Assembly: GCA_963847455.1 (NCBI GenBank) | Contig: CAWKAG010000058.1 | Coordinates: forward strand, 5,644 to 69,643 | Length of the DNA stretch: 64,000 bases | Direction: 5' to 3' | Source: an uncultured Acidimicrobiia bacterium | GTDB taxonomy: Bacteria > Actinomycetota > Acidimicrobiia > Spongiisociales > JAENVV01 | Shown: positions 54,079 to 62,726 of the stretch, in pieces | Numbering within the stretch: position 1 is the stretch's first letter | Layout: each line of letters starts with the position of its first letter | Made by a program: the position numbers and the translations under genes | The notes under the pieces: model-generated | Told to the model about the DNA's origin: nothing | What the model saw: the letters and a program-made list of their open reading frames with translations, nothing else | The model's database searches: none

Positions 54079-54810
54079 ATGGTTCACAGCGACGAAGCCC
54101 GAATGGAACATGATCGGTCGGCAGTCAGAGCCGCGCTCGGCTACGGCCGCCACTTCTTCGAGTTTTGGAAGAGTGACCTCAATCGGGCGGTCGTGGAGAT
54201 GGCCGATATCGCTCCGAATATGACGGTTCTCGATATCGGCGCCGGCATGGGGGCAGCGGCCTTCGAAGCGGTGCAGTATGACGGCGTCACCGTGGTGACG
54301 ATCGAACCGACCGGGTTCATGCGCAACATTCTCAAGGCGAGGGTTGCCACCCGCCGGGTCGGCAAACGGATAGCTGTCCTCAATGCCGGCGCCCAACGCC
54401 TGCCCGTCCCATCGGAATCCATCGACCGGGCCTGGATGATCAATGTCGTCCACCATGTCGCCGACCTGGCAGCCGCATCGGCAGAGTTGGCCAGGGTCAT
54501 CAAACCCGGCGGTCGAATTCTTATCGTTGATGAAGACTTCACCAATGAGAGCCACCCGAAGTACGAGCAGATGAAGGATCGGCACAAGCATCATGGTCGC
54601 CACGGTGGTCGCAACGGTGACAGCCACGACGGTGGACACGGTCATGCGACTGCCGAGGCGGGCCACGACGATGGCGTCGAGGACCATCCAATGGCCATCG
54701 ACTTTGACGCATTGGCCGAGCATCTCAAGACGGCGGGGTTTTCGGAGATACACGTCCGGTACGCAACCCTTGCCGACGTGCCGACCAGACAGGCAACGGC
54801 CGTTAGATAG
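54079..54810 (+). CDS. Class I SAM-dependent methyltransferase with His-rich insertion
   Basis: Motif I VLDIGAGMGAAA and post-I/II motifs (RILIVDEDF). His-rich stretch HPKYEQMKDRHKHHGRHGGRNGDSHDGGHGHATAEAGHDD. Confidence 0.8.
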   Translation: MVHSDEARMEHDRSAVRAALGYGRHFFEFWKSDLNRAVVEMADIAPNMTVLDIGAGMGAAAFEAVQYDGVTVVTIEPTGFMRNILKARVATRRVGKRIAVLNAGAQRLPVPSESIDRAWMINVVHHVADLAAASAELARVIKPGGRILIVDEDFTNESHPKYEQMKDRHKHHGRHGGRNGDSHDGGHGHATAEAGHDDGVEDHPMAIDFDALAEHLKTAGFSEIHVRYATLADVPTRQATAVR

Positions 54811-54812
54811 CG

Positions 54813-55229
54813 ATGCCTGGCGACGTCGATCTCTTTGAGGCGCTGAGGTCGCTCGATCTTCCCAACGGAGACTTCGCCGTCTTCGGCAGCGGGCCACTAA
54901 TTGTTCGCGGAATCATCGACGGAACGAACGACCTCGACGTGATCAGCCGTGGACAGGCATGGAACCGGGCGTGCCGGGTTGGCGAGGTGGAGTGGGTTGA
55001 CGAATATGACACCGACATCGTGCACTGTTTCGACCACGCCATCACCATCGGCCGATCATGGGGCTACGGCGACTTCGACATCGACCACCTAATCGACACT
55101 GCTGAAATGATCGACGGGCTCCCATTCGTGCAGCTCAAACACGTTATCGCCTACAAGGAGATCGCCGGCCGACCGAAGGACCTCGAGCACCTTCGAAAGC
55201 TCGAGAAGTTTCAGCACGATCCCATCTAG
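54813..55229 (+). CDS. Hypothetical protein (possible nucleotidyltransferase-fold)
   Basis: 138-aa ORF. GSGPLIVRG...NDLDV resembles the GS...D.D minimal nucleotidyltransferase motif, and the C-terminus GRPKDLEHLRKL is common in that superfamily. Tentative. Confidence 0.45.
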   Translation: MPGDVDLFEALRSLDLPNGDFAVFGSGPLIVRGIIDGTNDLDVISRGQAWNRACRVGEVEWVDEYDTDIVHCFDHAITIGRSWGYGDFDIDHLIDTAEMIDGLPFVQLKHVIAYKEIAGRPKDLEHLRKLEKFQHDPI

Positions 55230-55261
55230 TAGGCGGACCCCGCTAGGCGTATGCTTCCGCC

Positions 55262-55711
55262 ATGCATCGGCGGTCCGTTGTCTTGCTCATAGCCCTGGCG
55301 GGTCTGGCCGTTTCGTGCACCGTCCCAACCGACATCAACACCGAGTCGTCCGAAACATTCTTCGAAGTTGGAGACGTTGCCCACCTTGAGGACCTGGGGG
55401 TATTCGTCGTTGCCACCGAGTCGTACGGGGTGGTCGCGTTCGGGGATCACGACCCGCGATCCGACTGTCCTCTCGAATACGCCTCGGCTGAACAATGGAC
55501 GTTCAGCGACAGCTGCCACGGGAGCCAGTATTCCCTCGATGGGACGTACCTGGCCGGACCAAGCCCCCGCTCGCTGACACCGTTCCCAACTTATGTCTCA
55601 AACGGTGAGCTGTTCATCGAGAGCGACCCACAGTTCATCCGAAACCGCGACGGCATCGCAACCGACGTCAGGGAATCCCCGACGTTCCTGGCGCCAGCGG
55701 ATGGCCCGTAG
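55262..55711 (+). CDS. Lipoprotein with Rieske-like domain (first cluster-binding box degenerate)
   Basis: Lipobox LAVSC. CHGSQYSLDG resembles Rieske box II (C-x-C-H-G-S). The upstream box reads DCPLEY instead of C-x-H. Confidence 0.5.
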   Translation: MHRRSVVLLIALAGLAVSCTVPTDINTESSETFFEVGDVAHLEDLGVFVVATESYGVVAFGDHDPRSDCPLEYASAEQWTFSDSCHGSQYSLDGTYLAGPSPRSLTPFPTYVSNGELFIESDPQFIRNRDGIATDVRESPTFLAPADGP

Positions 55712-55789
55712 CTCGACCGTCGGCCGGTCGTGGGCGGCCACGCCGAGAAACGCGCCCGGGCCGGACGAGGCCGACCTATCATCGACGCC

Positions 55790-56170
55790 ATGGCTTCGCG
55801 CATTTCGGACACCATCATTGACTGCACCAACGCCTACGAACTGTGCGAGTGGTGGAAGACGGTTCTCGACTACGTCGATGTCGAGGGCTATCCGAACGAG
55901 CCGGGTGACGAGGAATGTGTCATCGCCGACCGCAGCGGAAACAATCGGTTGCTTTTCGGCGAGGTCGATGAACTGCGCCGACCCGGAGGACGTATCCACT
56001 TTGATCTCGCCCCGACCGATCGCCGCCGGGATGAGGAGATCGAGCGCGTCCTTGCACTCGGGGCGACCGAGGTGGCCGACAGGCGGAACCCCGATGGCAG
56101 CGGCTGGATGGTTATGGCCGATCCAGCAGGAAACCATTTCTGCATCGTGCGAAGTGACGGTGAGCGCTAG
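55790..56170 (+). CDS. VOC / glyoxalase-like domain protein
   Basis: From the ATG at 55790: MASRISDTIIDCTNAYELCEWWKTVLDY...IHFDL...GWMVMADPAGNHFCIV, typical of the glyoxalase-like_2 pattern. Overlapping ORFs 55593..56231 and 55598..56182 look like shadows. Confidence 0.75.
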   Translation: MASRISDTIIDCTNAYELCEWWKTVLDYVDVEGYPNEPGDEECVIADRSGNNRLLFGEVDELRRPGGRIHFDLAPTDRRRDEEIERVLALGATEVADRRNPDGSGWMVMADPAGNHFCIVRSDGER

Positions 56171-56493
56171 TCGAGAAGCCACTCGGCGGTCTCATCAGAG
56201 GCGCAATGCTCCGCGACGTACCGGCACGTAGCCTGTCGAGTATGTGGGCCCGCGATGCGGCCTCCGCATACTCCCGTCATTGGAGTTAGACAACGAGTGC
56301 GCTCCTTGTGGAGACCTCGACGCCTACCGAGTGATTTCCGCGCGCCTCATTCCCTCAGATCGCGTCGAGGATGAGGGTGTTTGGGTGGGCGCCGTGACTG
56401 TTTTGTCACGCCATCGGTCAACTGCTTTTTCAAGTGGGGCGGTGCCGCTTCCGATAGACTCCGCGCAGGGTCCGGACCGGGAGAAAAAGCGAA

Positions 56494-57156
56494 TTGCAGC
56501 GCAATGTCATTGGAGCGTTGGTTGCGGTGGTTTTCATGTCTGCTTGTCTCGGGAATGACGCCGCCTCGGACACGGTAGTGGACCCCAGGCCAGCCGGGCC
56601 TGCAGGACTGATCCAATGGGATGAACCGGATCACGTGGCGAACGTCGGGGGAGGTTGGACCGTCCGAGCTTGCGACGGCCTCGGCAGCTTCATGTGTGTC
56701 GAACGCGACGGACTCCAAGTTGGGACGCTTGAGCGGACGACCTTTTCGGTCTCCATCGAGAGTCTCTTCCCGGCCGCTGATGCGGCCCCAGATCTGGCGG
56801 ACCTTGCTGATGGATTCCACGAAGCCATCGAGTCGGACCAAGCTGAGAAATGCCCCGCCGGCTATGTTTTTGAAAAGCTCGGTCCTGACGCCTTTGTGTT
56901 TGCAGGTAGCCCGGGCATCTTTTACGGATTTGTCGGGATGTTGGCAGACGGGGCGCCGTCCGATATGAACCTTCAGTACGCCACAATCATTGGGGCCCAG
57001 GTCATCTCGGTTACCGCCGGTGCCTACCAGGGTGGGTGTCTGGGGCGAGATGGCTTGAGCACGCTGAGTACATGGGACTCGATTACGCTGTCGGAATTCC
57101 GGCCGTTCCTCGAGGCTGCGCTGCACGATTCACCACTCCCGACATCGGGGCAGTAG
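56494..57156 (+). CDS. Hypothetical lipoprotein
   Basis: 220-aa ORF with lipobox (VVFMSACLG) and balanced composition. The antisense ORF 56347..57126 is Arg/Pro-rich and judged a shadow. Confidence 0.6.
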   Translation: MQRNVIGALVAVVFMSACLGNDAASDTVVDPRPAGPAGLIQWDEPDHVANVGGGWTVRACDGLGSFMCVERDGLQVGTLERTTFSVSIESLFPAADAAPDLADLADGFHEAIESDQAEKCPAGYVFEKLGPDAFVFAGSPGIFYGFVGMLADGAPSDMNLQYATIIGAQVISVTAGAYQGGCLGRDGLSTLSTWDSITLSEFRPFLEAALHDSPLPTSGQ

Positions 57157-57236
57157 GACCAGATTCACGAAGTAGACGTTTTAAGACGCGAGAAGGCCGT
57201 CCGTTTGGTGAGTGCGGCCACCTATATAGTTGTCCT

Positions 57237-57599
57237 ATGACCGACACCAACGTGCACCACACGATCAATTACATCGAGATGCCGTCGTCTGATATCGAGA
57301 CGACCAAGGCGTTCTACAGCGCCGCCTTTGCGTGGACGTTTCAAGACTGGGGTCCGGACTACGTGAGTTTCTCCGGTGCAGGCGTCGAAGGAGGGTTCGA
57401 ACACGATCCCGACGGCCGCCAACCTTCGACCGACGGCGCCCTGGTGATCCTCTACTCGGCTGACCTGGCCGCCAGCGAAGAAGCCGTCACAGCTGCGGGT
57501 GGCACGATCTCCCGACCAGCGTTCGCCTTCCCGGGCGGCCGGCGGTTCCACTTCCTCGACCCGAGTGGCAACGAACTGGCCGTTTGGTCCGAGACCTAG
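57237..57599 (+). CDS. VOC family protein (glyoxalase/bleomycin-resistance fold)
   Basis: From the ATG at 57237: MTDTNVHHTINYIEMPSSDIETTKAFYSAAFAWTFQDWGPDYVSF...GGRRFHFLDPSGNELAVWSE. The track ORF starts at 57036. Confidence 0.8.
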   Translation: MTDTNVHHTINYIEMPSSDIETTKAFYSAAFAWTFQDWGPDYVSFSGAGVEGGFEHDPDGRQPSTDGALVILYSADLAASEEAVTAAGGTISRPAFAFPGGRRFHFLDPSGNELAVWSET

Positions 57600-57608
57600 A
57601 ACGGCTGC

Positions 57609-58557
57609 TCAGTCGCCTGCCAGAATCGCTTCGATCCGGGCAACAGTGTCCGTCGTTCAGATTGACGCTGGTCGCACCGATCGTTTCGGCGATCTGCTCG
57701 GGGCGGGTCGCCCCCGTGATCGCAGAAGAGACCGACTTCGTGCGCAGCACCCAGGCAAGGGCGAGCTGTGCCCGGCTCGCATTCAGCCCGTCGGCAATCT
57801 CCTGCAACGCTTTGACCTTCGTACGATTGGCATCGCTGAGAATTCGCTCCCGGAACCCGTCGTTATCGGACAAGCGGGCGCCTTCGGGAAGCCCATCGTC
57901 GTACTTGCCCGTGAGCATGCCCATCGCCAACGGCGACCAAACCACGAGCCCCATACCCACCGCGTCCGTGACCGGCATGACCTCGTTTTCAACCCGCTCG
58001 CGGTGCAGCATCGAATACTGGGGCTGATCAACGATCGGTGGGTGGAAAGCGTTGTCGTTGGCGAACGCCGCTGCCTCGGCGATCTTGTCGGCGGGCCACT
58101 CAGACGTGCCCCAATAGGTGATCTTGCCCGAGTCGACCAGACCCGAAAACGTCGTCACGATCTCTTCCATGGGGACCGTGTCATCGTGACGGTGAGCGAA
58201 GTAGAGGTCGAGATAGTCGGTCTTGAGGTTACGTAATGAGTTGTCGATCGACTCGCGGATGTGTTTGCGGCTCAAGCCCCGATCGTTGACGTCGTCCGAC
58301 ATCGGCCAATACACCTTCGAGGACATGACCAGGGTGTGCCGGGGATAGTCGGCCAACACCCGGCCCATCACCTGCTCCCCTTTGCCGAGCGCATATACGT
58401 CCGCATTGTCGTAGAAGTTGACGCCTCCCTCATAGGCCACCTGGGTGATCTTCTTGATAACGGACAGGTCTTCAACGGAATCACCGTAAGTTGTCCACGC
58501 CCCGAGAGCAATCTCGGACACCTTGATGCCCCACTTGCCAACATTGCGGTACTTCAT
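57609..58557 (-). pseudogene. Aldo/keto reductase (Kv-beta-like subfamily) with a frame break near 57657
   Basis: MKYRNVGKWGIKVSEIALGAWTTYG...FYDNADVY...LDLYFAHRHD. The C-terminus derails after ...ATSVNL into GHCCPDRSDSGRR. The adjacent frame gives the expected TTDTVARIEAILAGD-stop (TGA at 57609-57611) and removes the overlap with the VOC gene. Confidence 0.8.
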
Positions 58558-58629
58558 AACGCCTCCTCGATGAACAACTCACACTAGAACACCACCGTGG
58601 CCCCACCCACCCCGTGGTAACTTCAGTCC

Positions 58630-59634
58630 ATGGATCTTTATGCACGTGTCAACATTCTCGCCGGGCGATCGGTCCGGCTTCCTCGCGGCAAGATCGGCGA
58701 TGCGATCACTTTGGACAACGACCCGGTCGGACGCGCCCTTAGCTGGGTCAGTCAGGGTGCCGACTTCATCCACGTCGTCGATCTCGATGCCGCCGCCAAC
58801 CGCGATTATCGCAACCGCGACCTCATTGATCGCCTCATCGGCGAAGTTAAAGTACCCGTGCAAGTGGCCGGAGGAATTCGCTCACAAGTCGAAGCGGCTC
58901 GTCTCATCGAGTCAGGAGCCTGGCGGGTTGTGATGGGAACCGCCGCCATCGAAGACCAGACCATGGTCTACGAACTGTGCGCCAAATATCCCGAACACAT
59001 CGCCGTTTCGCTCGACGTCCGACCGAACGAGGAACTCGCAACGAGAGGCTGGACGCAGAACAGCGGACGCTTCCTCGAAGAGGTCCTGTTGGAGATGGCG
59101 TCGGCGGGCGCGGCCGCGTTCATGATCTCCGAGGCCGGTCGCGACGCGCTGGTCGAACCGCCGGACAACTCCATGATGCGCGATGCTCTGGCCATCGTCG
59201 AGGAACCAATCATCGCCGCCGGCGGCGTTCGCCACCTCGATGACCTCCGATCACTTATGGCGCTTCAGAAACGCGGACATCGGCTGAGCGGTGTTGTCGT
59301 CGGACGCGAGGTAACGCACGGACGGTTCACCCTCGAACAGGCCAAAGCCGTCATTGCTGAAGGCGTAACCGAAGAGACCGTCGACCAGGCCATCGACGTC
59401 GCCCCGCATATCGCCGATGCCGCCGAACAATTCCGCCGGGTCGCCTCCGAATGCGAACTGGCCGCCTCCGAGGCGCGGACCGCCGCAGTCCGACTCATGG
59501 AGATGGATGTCCCTAAGGGCTCGGCTCACGCGTTTGCGGCCCATGGACATCTGAGAAAGGCCGACGGCATGCTCGACGAGCTCGCGACCTTACACGCCGA
59601 CCGGGCTGTCAACCAGGCGCCCCCGCCGGGTTAG
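58630..59634 (+). CDS. HisA/PriA-like (beta/alpha)8 isomerase paralog with ~90-aa C-terminal extension
   Basis: HVVDLDAA, VQVAGGIRS, VSLDVR...TRGW, AAGGVRHLDDL and GVVVGRE align with HisA/PriA motifs. The N-terminal catalytic Asp position reads ARVNIL (Asn). There is an extra helical tail (residues about 245-334). Confidence 0.75.
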   Translation: MDLYARVNILAGRSVRLPRGKIGDAITLDNDPVGRALSWVSQGADFIHVVDLDAAANRDYRNRDLIDRLIGEVKVPVQVAGGIRSQVEAARLIESGAWRVVMGTAAIEDQTMVYELCAKYPEHIAVSLDVRPNEELATRGWTQNSGRFLEEVLLEMASAGAAAFMISEAGRDALVEPPDNSMMRDALAIVEEPIIAAGGVRHLDDLRSLMALQKRGHRLSGVVVGREVTHGRFTLEQAKAVIAEGVTEETVDQAIDVAPHIADAAEQFRRVASECELAASEARTAAVRLMEMDVPKGSAHAFAAHGHLRKADGMLDELATLHADRAVNQAPPPG

Positions 59635-60023
59635 CGAGCAGCAGCTTCTCGAATTCGAGAGCCGTCATATTCCACAATCGTCCCTTCTTCGAGGGCGTCG
59701 GCGGCGGCCAGGATGCGCTCAGCCCACTCCATCGCCCACCGTTGATTTTCATTGGTCGCTTCGATGCCGTTGTCCCTAACCAGGGCGTCGAAGAAGACCG
59801 ACCGGAACGGGGCGTGACCAAGATGGGCCAGGTCCGCTACCCGGGCATATTGACATGACCCACCACTCCCGATTCCGATGAAGGCTCGCCCGGCAGTCCC
59901 GGTTGGATGCCGGGAGCGGGCAGGACGAACCAGCTCCCCTTCAACGGTTTCAAACGCACCCTCGGTGCCGACCCGAACAGCGACAAACACTTTCACCAGA
60001 CCTCCATGACTTGGTCTGATCAA
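59631..60023 (-). CDS. Hypothetical protein
   Basis: 130-aa ORF filling the gap between convergent/adjacent genes. No family recognised. Confidence 0.35.
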   Translation of the reverse strand: MIRPSHGGLVKVFVAVRVGTEGAFETVEGELVRPARSRHPTGTAGRAFIGIGSGGSCQYARVADLAHLGHAPFRSVFFDALVRDNGIEATNENQRWAMEWAERILAAADALEEGTIVEYDGSRIREAAAR

Positions 60024-60077
60024 CGTATCTCACCGCTGTGACAGAATCCCCCGCAGTCGCCCAAACCTGACGGTGAC

Positions 60078-61259
60078 CTACTTCTGGGGAGCGTTGAAGG
60101 CCGGAATTCCGGTGATGACCTGGCCGAGGATCAGCGTGTGCATTTCGTTGGTGCCCTCATAGGTGTAGACCGATTCGAGGTTGTTCATATGACGGACCAC
60201 CGGGTATTCGAGGGTGATGCCGTTGGCGCCCAACACCGAACGAGCTTCTCGAGCGACCTCTAGAGCCATCCGCACGTTGGCTTTCTTACCGAAGCTGACC
60301 TGGGCTGGGTGCAGCCCGGTGGAGTCCTTCAAACGGCCCATCCGCAATGCGACGAGGGTTGCCTGATTCACACCGATCATCATCTCAACCAGCTTGTCCT
60401 GAGTCAGCTGGAAAGCGGCGATCGGCGTCCCGAACTGTTCCCGTTCCAGCGAGTAATTCAGGGCGGCTTCGTAACACGCCCGGGCGGCACCAACCGCCCC
60501 CCACGCAATGCCGTAGCGGGCTTCGGACAGGCATGACAGAGGACCCTTCATGCCAGACACGCCGGGCAGCATGGCCGATTCGGGCAGGCGGACATTGTCG
60601 AATACGAGTTCGCTGGTCACCGAGGCACGGAGCGACATTTTCTTGTGAATCAGGTTGGCCGAGAAGCCTGGAGTATCCGTTGGAACGACGAAACCGCGAA
60701 TGCCGTCTTCGGTTCGTGCCCACACCACCGCCACGCCGGCGATGTTTCCGTTCGTTATCCACATTTTCGAGCCATTCAGAATCCAGTCGGATCCGTCCCG
60801 TTTGGCGTTGGTCTTCATCGAACCGGCATCGGAGCCGCTGTCTGCTTCCGTCAAGCCGAAACAGCCAATGACCTCGCCAGACGCCATGCGGGGTAGCCAC
60901 TCCTGCTTGTGCTCCTCGGACCCATATTTCCAGATCGGAAACATCGCCAGAGATCCCTGCACGGACACGAGGCTACGAAGCCCCGAGTCTCCGGCTTCGA
61001 GTTCCAGACAGGCCAGGCCATAACTGACTGCGTTGGTTCCGGCGCAGCCGTAGCCCTCCAGGTGCATGCCGAGCAAGCCGAGTTGACCGAGTTCTTTGGT
61101 GATCTCGATCGGGAAGATGCCCTGTTCGAACCAGTCGTCGATGTCAGGCAGGATCCGGTCCGCGACGAACTGGCGGACGGTGTCCTGGATCATCCGCTCT
61201 TCGTCGGACAGTTGCGATCGCAGGTCGAGAAAGTCGAGCGGGTCAGGTTGCGTAGCCAT
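60078..61259 (-). CDS. Acyl-CoA dehydrogenase (glutaryl-CoA dehydrogenase-like)
   Basis: 393-aa ORF with the three-domain ACAD pattern (GCFGLTEADSGSD, WITNG, YEGTNEMHTLILG). The N-terminus LDFLDLRSQLSDEERMIQDTVRQF is typical of the GCDH subfamily. Confidence 0.9.
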   Translation of the reverse strand: MATQPDPLDFLDLRSQLSDEERMIQDTVRQFVADRILPDIDDWFEQGIFPIEITKELGQLGLLGMHLEGYGCAGTNAVSYGLACLELEAGDSGLRSLVSVQGSLAMFPIWKYGSEEHKQEWLPRMASGEVIGCFGLTEADSGSDAGSMKTNAKRDGSDWILNGSKMWITNGNIAGVAVVWARTEDGIRGFVVPTDTPGFSANLIHKKMSLRASVTSELVFDNVRLPESAMLPGVSGMKGPLSCLSEARYGIAWGAVGAARACYEAALNYSLEREQFGTPIAAFQLTQDKLVEMMIGVNQATLVALRMGRLKDSTGLHPAQVSFGKKANVRMALEVAREARSVLGANGITLEYPVVRHMNNLESVYTYEGTNEMHTLILGQVITGIPAFNAPQK

Positions 61260-61412
61260 CAGGCCTCCAGAGCGGCATGTCGTTCCGCCAGTCTATTGCC
61301 TGACCATGATGCTTGAATCGCCACCGGTGGTTGGTCGGCCAATCGGCGCTCATCTACGACGCCTCGCTGACAGTCCGTTGAACGACCCTCCCGCTGTGGT
61401 CTAATTCGCCCT

Positions 61413-62678
61413 ATGCGGCAACAGATCCGAGCGCTTTCCGACGAGCTGGTCACTCTCCAACAGCCGATTCGCATCCTCGACGCGATCGGGTGGGGTGACG
61501 ACATTGCGGCAGCGTTCTTCGAAGGCGGGCAAGGCGCCCAGCCCGACATCGACGTCGCCTACTACCAAAGCCGCAAACCGCTGCGTTTCGAACCGGCCCA
61601 GCAACGAGAGGGTTTCGAGATTCTTCGGTCCGATGTGAGCGCACAACTAGGCGATTCTCCGGTTGCGACGTTGCTGCTCGGCCGCATCCACGAATACCTC
61701 CGGGTCATTGATCTTCTCGAAGCTCGCGGGACCCCCGAGTTCGGAGCGATTTCTGCCGAGTTGTACGGCGCCCCGACCGATGAGCTCCATCCCGGTGGCC
61801 CTACGCTGGCCGAGCTCGGCACGTTGATGACCGAAGCGCTTGCCAATATCGATTCCGGAGCCTGGGAATCTCCCGAGGGCAGCCTGCACGATGCGCATAC
61901 CAGCGTCGACCTTCTCAAGGCTCGCCTGGAGGACGTCTGTGGGACGGAGCAGGTGCGAGTCATGATCGACGATGGAATCGTCGCCGACGCAGCCGCCGGG
62001 GGTGATTACATCAAGCTGCGAGCCGACGCCCAATTCTCCGAACGTGACCTACGCATCCTGGAGGTTCACGAGGGATGGGTGCATGTCGTGACGACGCTCA
62101 ATGGCCGCAGTCAGCCATGGTGCACCTTCCTCGGTAAGGGGACCCCTTCGACTACAGCCACGCAAGAGGGCTTGGCAGTGTTCACCGAGATCACAACCTT
62201 GTCTTCAACGCCGGATCGTCTGCGCAAAGTCACCCGTCGCGTGACGGCCATCGCCATGGCCTACGACGGGGCCACGTTCCTCGATGTCTATCGCTGGTTC
62301 CTGGGCGGAGGCATGTCCGAATCGGATGCCTGGTCTTCGTCGGTGCGAGTGTTCCGGGGTAGCGAACCTACCTGTGGGCCATTCACGAAGGACCTTTCAT
62401 ACAGCCGGGGGTTCCTCGAGGTGTACGACTTCATGCGTCTGGCGGTTCGTCGTGGCCACGTAGACCGGCTACCTCTGCTCTTCGGAGGGAAGCTGGCGGT
62501 CCGGGAAATGGGAGCTGTAGCGGAGTTGGTGCGTGACGGCCTCGTGATCGGGCCCCAAATCGTCCCTCCGCATGTAAGTGACCTAAACGCACTCGCGTCG
62601 TGGATGGCCTATTCGAATCTCCTCAATCGGATCGACCTGTCGCAGATGGAGCTCCATTTGCAGTCCGCCCTCGAATAG
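61413..62678 (+). CDS. QEGLA-motif protein (TIGR02421 / DUF1704, 'flavohemoglobin expression-modulating' family)
   Basis: 421-aa ORF containing HEGWVHV (HExxH-like) and the eponymous TQEGLAVFTE motif. Confidence 0.8.
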   Translation: MRQQIRALSDELVTLQQPIRILDAIGWGDDIAAAFFEGGQGAQPDIDVAYYQSRKPLRFEPAQQREGFEILRSDVSAQLGDSPVATLLLGRIHEYLRVIDLLEARGTPEFGAISAELYGAPTDELHPGGPTLAELGTLMTEALANIDSGAWESPEGSLHDAHTSVDLLKARLEDVCGTEQVRVMIDDGIVADAAAGGDYIKLRADAQFSERDLRILEVHEGWVHVVTTLNGRSQPWCTFLGKGTPSTTATQEGLAVFTEITTLSSTPDRLRKVTRRVTAIAMAYDGATFLDVYRWFLGGGMSESDAWSSSVRVFRGSEPTCGPFTKDLSYSRGFLEVYDFMRLAVRRGHVDRLPLLFGGKLAVREMGAVAELVRDGLVIGPQIVPPHVSDLNALASWMAYSNLLNRIDLSQMELHLQSALE

Positions 62679-62726
62679 CCAGGGCAGCACCTTCGTCTAG
62701 GCCGGGCCATCGGCCATACTGAAACC

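Noticed and set aside
56167-56280. 37-codon minus-strand ORF MTGVCGGRIAGPHTRQATCRYVAEHCASDETAEWLLD in the 324-nt gap
   Set aside because: It is very short, has no clear RBS and no recognisable family. The Cys spacing is suggestive but insufficient.
57487-57608. C-terminal ~40 codons of the aldo/keto reductase ORF overlapping the VOC gene
   Set aside because: This is an out-of-frame artefact. The neighbouring frame gives the canonical AKR C-terminus ending at 57609-57611.
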